Made by a program: the position numbers and the translations under genes
Notes under the pieces: model-generated
The model's input: the letters and a program-made list of their open reading frames with translations, nothing else
The model's database searches: none
What the model was told of the DNA's origin: nothing
Shown: positions 42,768 through 54,200 of the stretch, piece by piece
How positions within the stretch are numbered: position 1 is the stretch's first letter
How the letters are laid out: each line of letters opens with the position of its first letter
Origin: Sulfurospirillaceae bacterium
GTDB taxonomy: Bacteria > Campylobacterota > Campylobacteria > Campylobacterales > Sulfurospirillaceae
Reading direction: 5' to 3'
Assembly: GCA_033723415.1 (NCBI GenBank)
Contig: JAWVXD010000001.1
Span: 224,001-288,000 of the forward strand
DNA length: 64,000 nt

Positions 42768-43328
42768 ATGAGTAAAACATATCATTTAACAGCTCCTCTA
42801 AGCGATGCGGATGTTGTTCAGCTAAAAGTAGGGGATATCGTATATTTAAGCGGGATCATTTACACAGCAAGAGATGCAGCACACAAAAAATTGGTTGATT
42901 TATTGGATGCAGGAAAAGAATTGCCTTTCGATATGAAAGGTGCAGTTATATATTTTGTCGGACCTACTCCTCCAAAACCAGGTGATCCTATAGGAAGTGC
43001 CGGACCGACTACAAGCTATAGAATGGATTCTTATTCTCCTAGGCTTATCAGCATAGGACAAAAAGGGATGATCGGTAAAGGGAAAAGAAATCAAGAAGTC
43101 ATAGATGCTTGTGTTAAGCATAAAGCTATATACTTTGGTGCTACAGGCGGTGCCGGTGCTTTGTTGGCTCGTCAGATCAAAAGTGCAGAAGTTATAGCAT
43201 ATCCTGAACTTGGACCTGAAGCAATCAGAAAATTAGAAGTAGTTGATTTCCCGTTGACAGTAGTTAATGACTCTTACGGAGATGACCTATATAAGATAGG
43301 TCGCGCTCAATACGAGATAAAAGCTTAA
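42768..43328 (+). CDS. Class I fumarate hydratase, beta subunit
   Basis: TARDAAH, AGPTTSYRMD, IGKG, GPEA. Confidence 0.92.
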   Translation: MSKTYHLTAPLSDADVVQLKVGDIVYLSGIIYTARDAAHKKLVDLLDAGKELPFDMKGAVIYFVGPTPPKPGDPIGSAGPTTSYRMDSYSPRLISIGQKGMIGKGKRNQEVIDACVKHKAIYFGATGGAGALLARQIKSAEVIAYPELGPEAIRKLEVVDFPLTVVNDSYGDDLYKIGRAQYEIKA

Positions 43329-43337
43329 TTAAATCAT

Positions 43338-43373
43338 AGTTTAAGCGCAATAGTTTTTATATGCGCTTAAACT
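43338..43373 (+). terminator. Stem-loop terminator after the fumarase genes
   Basis: AGTTTAAGCGCA / TGCGCTTAAACT 12-bp inverted repeat followed by a T-rich run. Confidence 0.65.
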
Positions 43374-43530
43374 TAAATTTTTATAAATATATTTTATACA
43401 AATATATTTTATTAATAAATATAGAAAAAAAATTATAAAGTTACGGAAATATTTTTGTTTGCTAGATTAATAAATAAAGGCATTCGCCGTTTTATTTATT
43501 AATGTGCTAATCAATTAATTAGGAGACTAT

Positions 43531-44703
43531 ATGAATATTCACGAATATCAGGCAAAAGAGATTTTCGCTAAATATAATGTACCTGTTCCCAGAGGAAAAG
43601 TTGCATTTAGTGTTGATGAGGCAGTTCAAAATGCAAAAGAACTCGGTGGTAAGATATGGGTTGTAAAAGCTCAAATACATGCAGGAGGACGAGGACTGGG
43701 AGGTGGTGTTAAGCTTGCTAAAAGCCTTGATGAAGTTAAAGCTTTGGCTTCTGAAATACTTGGCATGACCTTAGTGACTCACCAAACTGGACCAGAAGGT
43801 AAACTAGTTCAAAAAGTTTATATAGAAGAGGGTGCAGATATAGCTGATGAGCTTTATCTTGGGGTTGTCTTAGATAGAGCAAAAGAGATGCCTGTAATCA
43901 TGGCTTCAACTGAAGGTGGTATGGAAATAGAAAAAGTAGCTGCTGAAACTCCAGACAAAATTGTAAAAGTAGCAGTTGACCCGACCATCGGTTTTCAAGG
44001 TTTTCATGGTAGAGAATTAGCATTTGGTCTTGGACTTCCAAAAGAAGAAATAGGCAAATTTATAAAATTTGCTGCAGCTTTATATAAAGTTTATATGGAA
44101 AATGACGCTGAAATGATCGAAATCAATCCACTTGTCAAAACTGGTTCCGGTGACTTTATCGCACTAGACGGTAAGATGGGATTTGATGATTCAGCACTTG
44201 GAAGACATCCTGATATTGAAGCTATGAGAGATATAAGTGAAGAAGACGCTGATGAGAGAGAAGCGGGAAAATATGGACTCAGTTATGTTTCACTTGACGG
44301 TGAGATAGGTTGTATGGTAAATGGTGCAGGACTTGCAATGGGTACTATGGATACTATCAACTACATGGGTGGAACGCCTGCAAACTTCCTTGATGTCGGT
44401 GGAAAAGCAAATGCAGAAACAGTAGCAAAAGGTTTTGAAATTATTTTAAAAAATCCAAATGTCAAAGCAATTTTTGTAAATATTTTCGGTGGAATCGTAA
44501 GATGTGACAGAATTGCAAACGGAATTTTGGAAGCTACTAAAATGGTAAACGTTCATGTGCCGGTAATTGTTAGACTTGACGGTACAAATGCACCGGAAGC
44601 GGCAGAAATTTTAAGAAATGCAAATATAAGCAACGTAATCGCAGCAACTGATCTAGGTGATGGCGCAGCAAAAGCCGTAAAAGCTGCTAAGGGAGAGATA
44701 TAA
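43531..44703 (+). CDS. sucC: Succinyl-CoA synthetase beta subunit
   Basis: [40 protein letters not shown]. Confidence 0.97.
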   Translation: MNIHEYQAKEIFAKYNVPVPRGKVAFSVDEAVQNAKELGGKIWVVKAQIHAGGRGLGGGVKLAKSLDEVKALASEILGMTLVTHQTGPEGKLVQKVYIEEGADIADELYLGVVLDRAKEMPVIMASTEGGMEIEKVAAETPDKIVKVAVDPTIGFQGFHGRELAFGLGLPKEEIGKFIKFAAALYKVYMENDAEMIEINPLVKTGSGDFIALDGKMGFDDSALGRHPDIEAMRDISEEDADEREAGKYGLSYVSLDGEIGCMVNGAGLAMGTMDTINYMGGTPANFLDVGGKANAETVAKGFEIILKNPNVKAIFVNIFGGIVRCDRIANGILEATKMVNVHVPVIVRLDGTNAPEAAEILRNANISNVIAATDLGDGAAKAVKAAKGEI

Positions 44704-45575
44704 TGAGTATACTAGTAAATAAAGACACAAAAGTAATAGTTCAGGGTTTCACTGGCAAAGAAGGTACATTTCACGCTGAACAATGTATCGCATACGGCAC
44801 AAAAATTGTTGGTGGTGTAACTCCAAACAAAGGTGGACAAACTCACCTAGATTTACCGGTTTTTAATACAGTATCAGAAGCAGTTGCAGCAACAGGTGCA
44901 ACGGTCAGTATGATCTTTGTTCCACCTGCTTTTGTAGGTGATGCAGTTATGGAAGCCGCAGATGCCGGAATCGATCTAGCTGTGATCATTACAGAAGGCG
45001 CTCCTGTTAGAGATATGATGATGGCAAAAGCATATGCTGTTAAAAAGAATATGAAAACAATAGGACCAAACTGCCCGGGAATCATCACGGCAGAAGAGTG
45101 TAAGATAGGAATTATGCCGGGTATGGTATTTAAAAAAGGAAAAGTTGGACTTATATCAAAATCCGGAACACTTACATATGAAGGTGCAAACCAAGTATGT
45201 AAAGAAGGTTTTGGTATTACAACAGCTGTTGGAATCGGTGGAGATCCTATTATCGGTCTCAGCTATAAACAACTTTTACCGCTTTTTGAAGCAGATCCTG
45301 AAACTGAAGCTATCGTAATGATAGGAGAAATCGGTGGAGATCTTGAGATTCAAGCAGCAGCATTTATAAAAGAAAATATAACAAAACCGGTTGTTGCTTT
45401 CATCGCGGGTCAAACTGCGCCAAAAGGTAAAAGAATGGGACATGCAGGCGCTATTATTAGCGGAAGTGCAGGAACAGCTGCTGAAAAAATGGCAGCGCTT
45501 GAAGAAGCTGGAGTTTTTGTTGTGAAGTCTCCTGCCGAAATTGGCGCAAAAGTTGCCCAAGTATTAAAAAAGTAA
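44703..45575 (+). CDS. sucD: Succinyl-CoA synthetase alpha subunit
   Basis: [27 protein letters not shown]. Confidence 0.97.
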   Translation: MSILVNKDTKVIVQGFTGKEGTFHAEQCIAYGTKIVGGVTPNKGGQTHLDLPVFNTVSEAVAATGATVSMIFVPPAFVGDAVMEAADAGIDLAVIITEGAPVRDMMMAKAYAVKKNMKTIGPNCPGIITAEECKIGIMPGMVFKKGKVGLISKSGTLTYEGANQVCKEGFGITTAVGIGGDPIIGLSYKQLLPLFEADPETEAIVMIGEIGGDLEIQAAAFIKENITKPVVAFIAGQTAPKGKRMGHAGAIISGSAGTAAEKMAALEEAGVFVVKSPAEIGAKVAQVLKK

Positions 45576-45587
45576 GGAGAAATTAAT

Positions 45588-45905
45588 ATGAGTAATGTAA
45601 CGGCTCCGGAGAACACACCTGTTTGGGTTGATGTAAAAAGATGTAAAGCTTGTGATATTTGCGTAAGCGTTTGTCCAGCTGGTGTTTTAGCAATGGTCGT
45701 AGCACCTAACTCAACTTTAGGTTCTATGATCGAGGTAGAAGTACCTGATGCTTGTATTGGTTGTAGAGATTGTGAACTTCATTGCCCGGATTTCGCTATA
45801 TATGTAGCAGAACGTGGTGAATATAAGTTTGCTAGGATTACTGATGAGGCCAAAAAAAGAGCCGAAGATGTTAAGAAAAATAAATATAGAAAATTAAGTG
45901 CATAG
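45588..45905 (+). CDS. oorD: 2-oxoglutarate:acceptor oxidoreductase delta subunit
   Basis: Two CxxCxxCxxxCP motifs; heads the oor operon. Confidence 0.93.
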   Translation: MSNVTAPENTPVWVDVKRCKACDICVSVCPAGVLAMVVAPNSTLGSMIEVEVPDACIGCRDCELHCPDFAIYVAERGEYKFARITDEAKKRAEDVKKNKYRKLSA

Positions 45906-45915
45906 GGGGAAATAA

Positions 45916-47046
45916 ATGGCAAGAGAAGTAATCTCAAGTGGTAATGCACTTGTAGCTAAAGCAGCAGCGGAATGTGGTTGTAAATTTTTTGGAGGCTATC
46001 CTATTACCCCATCTAGTGAAATTGCACATGAGATGAGTGTATTGTTGCCAAGAGAAGGCGGACAGTTTATACAAATGGAAGACGAAATAGGCGGAATTTG
46101 TGCTGCTCTTGGTGCATCTATGAGTGGTGTAAAATCAATGACAGCTACAAGTGGTCCCGGTATTTCTTTAAAATCAGAGCAAATCGGTTATTCGTTCATA
46201 ACTGAAGTTCCTCTTGTTATCGTAAATGTTATGAGAGGCGGACCAAGTACAGGACTTCCTACCCGTGTTTCTCAAGCAGATATCGGTCAAGCAAAATATC
46301 CAACTCATGGTGATTATGCTTCTATAACTCTTTGTCCAGGTAGTTTGGAAGAGTGTTATACAGATACAGTAAAAGCGTTCAATTTAGCTGAAAAATATAT
46401 GACACCGGTATTTGTTCTTTTAGATGAGACTTTAGGACATATGTTAGGTAAAGCGATTCTTCCTGATCTAGAAGAAATAGAAAAAAGTGTAGTTAAAAGA
46501 GCTGAATTCACAGGCGATCCAAAAGATTATAAGCCATATGATGCGAAGATGAATGAACCTGCGGTTTTAAATCCTTTCTTTAAAGGCTACAAATACCACG
46601 TTACAGGCTTACATCATGGTCCAACCGGTTTTCCAACAGAAGACGGTGCTATATGTGAGTTTAATATTGAAAGATTAGTAGGAAAAGTCAACAATGCAAC
46701 AGACTTGATCGAGTATGAAGAATTTATGCTTGATGATGCAGAAGTTTGTATCATAGCTTATGGAAGTATAAGTAGAGGTGCAAAAGAAGCAGTTTCTAAA
46801 CTCAGAAATGATGGAATAAAAGCAGGTCTTTTTAGACCTATAACTCTATGGCCAAGTCCGGTTGAAAAATTAAAAGAAATCGGAAATAAGTTTGACAAAG
46901 TGATGGTAACAGAATTAAATATGGGACAATATTTAGAAGAGATACAAAGAGTTACCAAAAGAGATGACTTTGCAACGCTTCTAAAAGCGAATGGTCGTCC
47001 TATAGCGCCAGTTGAAATGGTTGCCAAAGTTAAGGAGATGATGTAA
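45916..47046 (+). CDS. oorA: 2-oxoglutarate:acceptor oxidoreductase alpha subunit
   Basis: GYPITPSSE, QMEDE, TATSGPG, RGGPSTGLPT. Confidence 0.95.
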   Translation: MAREVISSGNALVAKAAAECGCKFFGGYPITPSSEIAHEMSVLLPREGGQFIQMEDEIGGICAALGASMSGVKSMTATSGPGISLKSEQIGYSFITEVPLVIVNVMRGGPSTGLPTRVSQADIGQAKYPTHGDYASITLCPGSLEECYTDTVKAFNLAEKYMTPVFVLLDETLGHMLGKAILPDLEEIEKSVVKRAEFTGDPKDYKPYDAKMNEPAVLNPFFKGYKYHVTGLHHGPTGFPTEDGAICEFNIERLVGKVNNATDLIEYEEFMLDDAEVCIIAYGSISRGAKEAVSKLRNDGIKAGLFRPITLWPSPVEKLKEIGNKFDKVMVTELNMGQYLEEIQRVTKRDDFATLLKANGRPIAPVEMVAKVKEMM

Positions 47047-47047
47047 T

Positions 47048-47881
47048 ATGGCTTTTAATTATGATAAATACCTTAGAGTAGAAAAGATGCCGACACTTTG
47101 GTGTTGGGGATGTGGAGACGGTGTTATTTTAAAATCCGTAATTCGTGTTATTGACAAAATGGGATGGAATATGGATGATGTTTGTATAGTTTCAGGCATT
47201 GGATGTAGTGGAAGATTCAGCTCATATATAGACTGCAATACAGTTCATACTACACACGGTCGTGCTATAGCTTATGCAACAGGTATTAAATTGGCAAATC
47301 CAGAAAAACACGTGATTGTTGTAACTGGTGATGGTGATGGTTTAGCAATTGGCGGAAATCATACTATCCACGGTTGTAGAAGAAACATAGATTTAAATCA
47401 TATAGTTATAAACAACTTTATATATGGTCTAACAAATTCACAAACTAGTCCGACTACACCTAAGGGTATGTGGACAGTTACTGCACAATACGGCAATGTT
47501 GATCCTACATTTGATGCTTGTAAATTGGCAGAAGGTGCAGGAGCTTCTTTTATAGGTAGAGAATCAGTTCTAGATCCAAAGAAACTAGAAAAAGTTTTAT
47601 TTGAAGGCTTTTCACACAAGGGATATTCATTCTTTGATATTTTTTCAAATTGCCATATAAATCTTGGTAGAAAAAATAAAATGGGAGAAGCTGTTCAAAC
47701 ATTGAATTGGATTGAAGAGATGTGTGTATCTAAGAAAAAATTTGATGACTTGAGCGATGAAGAAAAAGTTGGCAAGTTTCCATTGGGTGTATTGAAAAAA
47801 GATGAAGACGCACTAGAATATTGTGAAGCATACGGCAAAGTTATCGAAGCTGCACAAAACAAAACAAAAATTCAACTGTGA
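47048..47881 (+). CDS. oorB: 2-oxoglutarate:acceptor oxidoreductase beta subunit
   Basis: WCWGCG, SGIGC, HGRA, GDGD..AIGGNH TPP-binding motif. Confidence 0.95.
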   Translation: MAFNYDKYLRVEKMPTLWCWGCGDGVILKSVIRVIDKMGWNMDDVCIVSGIGCSGRFSSYIDCNTVHTTHGRAIAYATGIKLANPEKHVIVVTGDGDGLAIGGNHTIHGCRRNIDLNHIVINNFIYGLTNSQTSPTTPKGMWTVTAQYGNVDPTFDACKLAEGAGASFIGRESVLDPKKLEKVLFEGFSHKGYSFFDIFSNCHINLGRKNKMGEAVQTLNWIEEMCVSKKKFDDLSDEEKVGKFPLGVLKKDEDALEYCEAYGKVIEAAQNKTKIQL

Positions 47882-47893
47882 GGTGGGCTTAAC

Positions 47894-48445
47894 ATGAGAA
47901 GACAATTAAGATTTGTTGGAGTTGGTGGTCAAGGTGTTATTCTTGCAGGTGAAATTTTAGCTGAAGCAAAAATTGATGATGGCGGATATGGTGTAAAAGC
48001 ATCAACGTACACATCACAAGTTAGAGGCGGTCCTACAAAAGTTGATATTTTGTTGGATGACAGTGAAATCTTATTCCCATACGCAAATGAAGGCGAGATC
48101 GAGTTTATGATAGCAACAGCTCAAGTAAGCTACGATCAGTTTAAAGAAGGCGTAAAAGAGGGTGGCATCATCGTTGTAGAGCCAAATCTTGTAACACCAA
48201 GTGAAGAAGATAGAAAAAAATGGACTATCTATGATATTCCTATAATCACAATAGCAAAAGAAGAGGTTGGTAATGTTATTACTCAATCTGTTGTTGCTCT
48301 TTCTATTACTGTAGAAATGACACAAGTTCTTGATCATGAGCTTGTAAAAAAGATAATGCTAGAAAAAGTACCACAAAAGGTACACGCAGCTAACTTAAAA
48401 GCTTATGAGTTAGGTGTAAAATACGCAAAAGAAGCACTAGCTTAA
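47894..48445 (+). CDS. oorC: 2-oxoglutarate:acceptor oxidoreductase gamma subunit
   Basis: GVGGQGVILAG, YTSQVRGG. Confidence 0.95.
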   Translation: MRRQLRFVGVGGQGVILAGEILAEAKIDDGGYGVKASTYTSQVRGGPTKVDILLDDSEILFPYANEGEIEFMIATAQVSYDQFKEGVKEGGIIVVEPNLVTPSEEDRKKWTIYDIPIITIAKEEVGNVITQSVVALSITVEMTQVLDHELVKKIMLEKVPQKVHAANLKAYELGVKYAKEALA

Positions 48446-48451
48446 TTTTTC

Positions 48452-48487
48452 ATTTGGCACTGCAGGATTTTTCTTGTAGTGTCAAAT
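48452..48487 (+). terminator. Stem-loop terminator after oorC
   Basis: ATTTGGCACTGCAGGA / TCTTGTAGTGTCAAAT stem with G-U pairs on the + transcript. Confidence 0.65.
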
Positions 48488-48673
48488 CAACTTTCTCTCT
48501 GTATCAAATTTATTATAATCTACTCTAATTTTTCATTTTCATTTTGTTAAATAGCTAAATAAAAAATATTTGTATTTAATACAAATTAGTTACTAAGCTA
48601 AAAAGTTATAAAATATATATTCTTGAAAATGAGAGATCAAAAATATAAAAGAATTAACTAAAGGAATATTACG

Positions 48674-49279
48674 ATGAGAAATGATTTTGAAAAAGCTATG
48701 CACTTTCGTCATGCATGTAAACTATTTGATGCGACCAAGGCGATGAGTAAAGAAGACCTAGATTTTATTTTAGAAGCAGGGCGTTTAAGTCCTAGTTCTT
48801 TTGGCATGGAGCATTGGCATTTTTTTGTTATAAAAGATAAAAAGATGCGTGAAGCGATACAGAAATTTTCTTGGGATCAAAAACAAGTTACAACTTCCTC
48901 TGAACTCGTTGCGATAGCTTATAAAAAACAAGTTCGCAGTACAGATTCCTATATTCAGAATGAATTTGACAAATTTAGCTATTCAGATTATGCACGCAAT
49001 ATGTACAAGCAATCTATAGATGCAAGAGATGATGAAACTTTGGAATGTTGGTCTGCCAAGCAAGTCTACATCGCAGCCGGTAACATGATGACAGCAGGTG
49101 CATCTATCGGAATAGACTCATGTCCTATGGAAGGATTTGATAAAGATAGCGTTGAGCAGCTCATAGGGCTAGATACAGATAAATACGCCTTAGCACTTCT
49201 TATCCCGTTTGGATACCGTATTAACGAACAATCACCGCTGAAACGCTCAGAACTCTCTGAAATCGTTACCTATATTTAA
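48674..49279 (+). CDS. NAD(P)H nitroreductase family protein
   Basis: RHACKLFD, SPSSFGMEHW, GIDSCPMEGFD, PFGYR. Confidence 0.92.
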   Translation: MRNDFEKAMHFRHACKLFDATKAMSKEDLDFILEAGRLSPSSFGMEHWHFFVIKDKKMREAIQKFSWDQKQVTTSSELVAIAYKKQVRSTDSYIQNEFDKFSYSDYARNMYKQSIDARDDETLECWSAKQVYIAAGNMMTAGASIGIDSCPMEGFDKDSVEQLIGLDTDKYALALLIPFGYRINEQSPLKRSELSEIVTYI

Positions 49280-49286
49280 CTTCATT

Positions 49287-49315
49287 CCGGCGATAAGCAT
49301 CGCCGGGTAATTTTT
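49287..49315 (+). terminator. Intrinsic terminator after the nitroreductase gene
   Basis: CCGGCGAT-AAGC-ATCGCCGG then a T-run. Confidence 0.7.
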
Positions 49316-49395
49316 CATCAGTGCTAATATTTTCATTTCATTTATATAACTACCACCACCGCAGGCTTTTTCTTAAAAGACAAGATGCGAAAATA

Positions 49396-49980
49396 TCAAT
49401 TTTTTTGTATTTTAGTTTTCTTTTTTATGGCTATGGCTGTATCATAAAGAAGTTCAAAGTAGTTGTTATTGTTGTATGAAAATTCCTGTATCACGGTAAG
49501 TCCCAGTTTCTTAGTATGTGCTGCGAAGGAGCGCGGATTGATCTTGTTTATGAAAGTCACGAGAATCGGGTATCTCTTTGACATCTCTTCTCTTGCAAAG
49601 TCAAATATCATCTCTAACATTCCGCTTCCTCGAACACTTTTGTCGATGCAGATTGGTCCATATTGGTACGAGTTATCGACGCTGAGTCTTTGCCCTAAAA
49701 ATTCCAGATTGGGTAAATCCTCTATCATGTAAGCAAACATAGGCCATTTTGACCAAAACTGCCAGGATGCCGCCATAACGTAGGCTACGACTTCATCATC
49801 TTTGATAGCGATGAAAAGACCTTGTTCTTGCTCTATGAGTTCGCTTAGCTGCTTTTTTGTAAAAGGTGTGGTGACAAAACCGTCTTTTTTGTCATTTTCG
49901 TCTATGGAATCCACCTGATATCTAAAGTGAAGTTCTAAAACTTTGTCGATATCGCTAAGCTCTGCTATTTTTAGTTTCAT
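49396..49980 (-). CDS. GNAT-family acetyltransferase
   Basis: DGFVTT, YQYGPICIDKSVRGSG, NPRSFAAH.KKLG; real start likely ATG 49980 (ATGA overlap with the upstream stop). Confidence 0.82.
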   Translation of the reverse strand: MKLKIAELSDIDKVLELHFRYQVDSIDENDKKDGFVTTPFTKKQLSELIEQEQGLFIAIKDDEVVAYVMAASWQFWSKWPMFAYMIEDLPNLEFLGQRLSVDNSYQYGPICIDKSVRGSGMLEMIFDFAREEMSKRYPILVTFINKINPRSFAAHTKKLGLTVIQEFSYNNNNYFELLYDTAIAIKKKTKIQKN

Positions 49981-50822
49981 TGATTCTCCTGATTGATTGA
50001 TTCGTAAGCTATTAGTATCTTTTTGCGCTCGATTCCCCACCTGTATCCACTCATCGCACCGCTTTGTGCGATGACTCTGTGACAAGGGATAAGATAACCG
50101 ATGTGATTCTTTCCTATGGCACTTGCAACGGCTCGTACGGCTTTTGGTTTATCGAGAAAATTTGCCATGTCTTGGTAGGTTGCGACGATTCCGTTTGGAA
50201 GATTTAAAAGGGCTTTCCAGACGTTTATCTGAAAATTGGTGCCTTTTACAAAAAGATTGTACTTTTTGTTTTTGATAAAGATATTTTCAAAATATTCACG
50301 CGCTTTTGCGTCATCATGATAAAGATTTGCATTTTCCCAAAGTTCCTTAAATCGCTCAAAGATCAACTCTTTGTTATTGTCGATAAATCCTAGATAGCAG
50401 ATGCCTTTATCCGTGTATGCTATCAACGCTTCACCAAAAGGCGTCTCTCCAAAACCGTAAGTGATGGGCACGTCTTTGCCTTTTTCGCGCCACTCTCTTG
50501 GAGTCACGCCGATTAGGTTGACAAACAGCTCATGTAAACGACTCGAACTTGAAAGCCCGATGTCCAAACTGCTCTCAAGTATGGATTTGGACTCTTTGAT
50601 ATGTTCTTTGGCGTAGTTGAGCGTCACAGAGTGCAAAAACTGCTTGGGAGTCACGCCGACATACTCTTTGAAGATACGGATAAAATAAAACTTGCTCATA
50701 CCGATATTTTTGGCTATGTCATCGATAGAGGGCTGCTCTTTGAAGTGATGGTCTATATACCGAATCGCTTTTTCGATTTGTTTGTAATGGGTATTTAAAT
50801 TTGCAAAATCATTCATATACAA
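49977..50822 (-). CDS. Ada-like AraC-HTH / methylated-DNA-protein-cysteine methyltransferase
   Basis: N-terminal AraC HTH, GTNFQ..VW, IPCHRV active site; no N-terminal Ada zinc-binding domain. Confidence 0.9.
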   Translation of the reverse strand: MYMNDFANLNTHYKQIEKAIRYIDHHFKEQPSIDDIAKNIGMSKFYFIRIFKEYVGVTPKQFLHSVTLNYAKEHIKESKSILESSLDIGLSSSSRLHELFVNLIGVTPREWREKGKDVPITYGFGETPFGEALIAYTDKGICYLGFIDNNKELIFERFKELWENANLYHDDAKAREYFENIFIKNKKYNLFVKGTNFQINVWKALLNLPNGIVATYQDMANFLDKPKAVRAVASAIGKNHIGYLIPCHRVIAQSGAMSGYRWGIERKKILIAYESINQENQ

Positions 50823-50954
50823 ACCTTATATCATTTTCCAAAAGTATAACGCAAAGACAATAAAGATGCAATCCAAAAATTGCTAAATTTTTGGAATGTC
50901 GTTGCATATATTTTTAAAAGAAATCGATGAAGCATCCAACTCCATTACAGCTTC

Positions 50955-51250
50955 CTATCTTGCTAATTTTTGGTAAAACCATACTGCAGATATGCTAATT
51001 ACTGAGTGCATAGTATGATCATGATTCCAAGACGAATACCTTACGAATACTGACACTTTATAGTTTCATTTTCATCTTTTATAATTTTGGTATCTAGAGC
51101 TATCATACTATTTAAGACTTTAAATGTCGAGCAGGGATTCATCCTCTCATCCGCGCGAGTACTAAAAGTGCTTCGTTGTGAACTATTGACATCCAAAAAA
51201 TTAAAGTGCCCAAAGTTTGGCTATAGCGCAAAAAGAGGCAACATAACCAT
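50955..51250 (-). pseudogene. Class D (OXA/YbxI-like) serine beta-lactamase remnant
   Basis: My translation: MVMLPLFAL*PNF...RADERMNPCSTFKVLNSMIALDTKIIKDENETIK, then a frameshift, then RYSSWNHDHTMHSVISISAVWFYQKLAR*; STFK and SxV present, C-terminal half missing. Confidence 0.85.
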
Positions 51251-51294
51251 TAACTGTTATGGCTTGGTCATTTCTTCATTTATTTTTTGTATTA

Positions 51295-54200
51295 TTAATA
51301 TGTTAACTTTCCTTCAAAATCAACCATCCTAAAACCAAGACGACTGGAAAGCTTTTCAATTGTTTCTAGAAATAAACCTTTAATGTTGTGATCAGATGAA
51401 TTATTATATATGTCTATTAACTTTATGGCAGTGTTTTTATCTGCAATTTTTACTAACTGGCTCAAAGAATAATGTATAAGATTAAATTCGTTTAATAATA
51501 TAACTCGCATTAAACTATCTTCTGAAAGTTGAAGTTTTTCTATTTCACATAGATAGAGAAGACTAGATATAGCCCATTCAAACTCTTTTCCTTTTTCAAT
51601 ATTCTTTTTTTCTATAGCAACATAGCTAGAAACGAGTTTATTTAATAGTGCTTCAATATCATATTCAATTCTTTCAGATGAAATTAGTGAAATGTAACTT
51701 AATATTTTAGATTGTTCTATATCATTATATTTATATTTTGTAGATTGTTCTATAAGCCAATTTGAAAACTCTGGTAATGCAGAATGAAGATGTTTTTTAT
51801 CTAATATTGCAAGTTGCGACAAGACAGGTTCTATTATATAAGTTAATCCAGCACTAAGAGATGAGAAAATTCCCATATAATCTTTTTTATCAAAGATTTT
51901 AGAAGATATTTTTTTTAATCCTTTAAGTGCAATTTCTCTATCTATATTACCAATTAAAAAACACCATAAGCTAATATTTTCAATGTCTTGAATATTTAGT
52001 TGTTCAACAGCATATATTTCATCAGTAAATTCTTCTTGACTTGAAAGTAAAAGGTTTAATTTAAACTTTATATTGTCAGTTAAAATATCAGAGTTATATA
52101 AATCTAGTAATAATTGTATGTGCTTTCCTTGCATTTTCAAAAGAAATAAACTGTGAAGCAAACTTTCAATTTGTTTATCAGTTAATACTTTTTCTTTAAT
52201 TAACGTAAAAAATTCACACTCATGCATCTGCCAAAAAATACCAGTAAATTCGTATGAATGAATGTAGTCTTCACCAAATTTTAGCCATTCTTCTTTTATT
52301 TGAACATATAGTTCTTTTAATTCTATATCTACTACACTTGGGATTTTCATAGCAACTACTAATCTAATAATCGAGGGGATTGCCTTATCTTTAACAATAC
52401 TTTCCCATTTTGATTGAGGAATTTTATTTTCATCTAACTTACTTATTAAAGTATGTAAAGTTGAAATCTCTTTTTCATTTGTATTGTTACTTAATGATCT
52501 CTCTAAATATAGATCTAAAGCTCTTTCGGCAATATTATCTACTGCCTCTTGCCAATCATGAAGATAACCCTTATGTTCTATATCCTTGCTTAACATCTGA
52601 ATCAACACTTTTTCTGTAAGAAGATTATCTTTTTTAGCAGTTAAAATTTTCGCACCACCATAATGTAATGCCCAACCATTTATAATATATTCTTCAGCTT
52701 TTTGAGGCAAATCTTTAACAAATCCATCTAATAATAAATTTCCAATACTCTCCCTAATAGATGATGAGTCACTTGTCCAAGCTTCAGCCAAAAGTTCACC
52801 TAAGTATTTACGTGTATCACTATCAATCTTAGCCCCATTTACAACACACCTTGCTATCAATCTAAGAGATGTAAAAAAAGCATCATCATCTTTTTGCATT
52901 TGTTCTTTTATTATTTCATTTGATTTTGAGTATGACTCTAATGCAAATTGAATAGTTTGAGCCCAAGGTCTTGAAATAATTTTTTCAAAACCATTAATTA
53001 TCTCTTCTTCTTTATTATCTCGAATGTATAGAGATGCTAAATACTCTTGAATGGTTGGATATGTAAATTGCCATCTGCTTGATACCTTTGATAAAATTCC
53101 ATACTTATGTAGGTTTTCTAAATATTCTTGTGGTTTGTCACAATATTCTAAACTTCGTAAATATCTTAAAATATCTTTTTCATTAAATCCTATGTGTTCT
53201 TGAGCTAATCCTTGATAAGCTAAATATTCTGCTACCTCTTGTAAATAAGGGGTATTGTTTGTTCCTTGACTTGGCTTATGTTCTGGTAAAAAAAGAATAT
53301 CTAAATATTGTTCTAGAATTTCAGTTCTTGATGTTGGCAAATTGGTATCTGCTTTAAAAGTAGCTATTACTAAAGATAAAAATAATGGGATCCTCAATAA
53401 ATGCATAAGTTCAGTGTTATATTTAGTATGCTCTAGTAACTTATCTCCATCAATCTTTGCACCAAACTGACTATAAGACTTTGAAAATTCTATTATCTTT
53501 TCATCAGCTAATCGTCTTATTTCAAGAGTTTTAACATCTAAACTTTTAGTTAATATTGAACTATCTCTAACTGTTAATAAAAAGTCTGTTTTTGGAAATC
53601 TTGCAATATGTTTGCTTACTTTATCTAAAACATTTTGTCTTTCAGTATTACTAAGTTCATCTAATCCATCAAAAAAGATAGATACACGACCAGCTGAACA
53701 CATATAACTCCAATCAATTTTAACATAATAAGTGTCATTTATTATTGTATTTAAATGACTCATAACAGAGCTACTTTCTATTAATGTAGAAAGAGGGATA
53801 AATGCAGGCAATTTAATTTTATCTTGACTTAATTTATAAGATATTGCTTTTAGTAATGTTGTTTTTCCTAAACCTGCTCCTGCATTTATAACAGCTTGTG
53901 ATATTTCACCATTTGGAAAGTCTTTTAATTCAAAAAAGCTTTTAGGTTTTATCTCTCTCCAACTTCTTAAATCTTCAAACTCAAAATCTTGATAATCAGA
54001 AGATGAGTTTTCATAAAGTTCAGGCCATAAAAAAAGTTCATCAATACCACCACAAAGTTTTGTTCCAGGTACTGATAACAAATGAAACTCATTTTTGATA
54101 GCTTCTTTATAAATAGACACTCCCCAATGTGGAGAATCTTCTACTTCAATTTTATAGTTTACTAAAAGTTCTTCTAATAACTGTGAACAAATAAAACTTC

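Noticed and set aside
48531..48542. TTTCAT tandem upstream of the nitroreductase gene (similar at 49331)
   Set aside because: Spacing is 5-6 nt rather than 11, with no correctly placed -10 box.
49981..50085. N-terminal extension of the GNAT ORF (similar extensions on nikN, nikQ, nikO, fumarase alpha and the J-domain gene)
   Set aside because: They mostly overlap the upstream gene or promoter; downstream starts with an SD or stop/start coupling fit better.
51064..51087. 23/24-nt match to the PepSY promoter (TTTCATtTTCATCTTTTATAATTT) as a fourth regulon site
   Set aside because: It lacks the upstream TTTCAT at -11, has no credible plus-strand gene downstream, and is the reverse complement of the beta-lactamase relic codons for KIIKDENE.
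51242..51261. CATAAC...GTTATG hairpin after the NACHT gene as an integron attC site
   Set aside because: Too short, no L boxes, no integrase or further cassettes.
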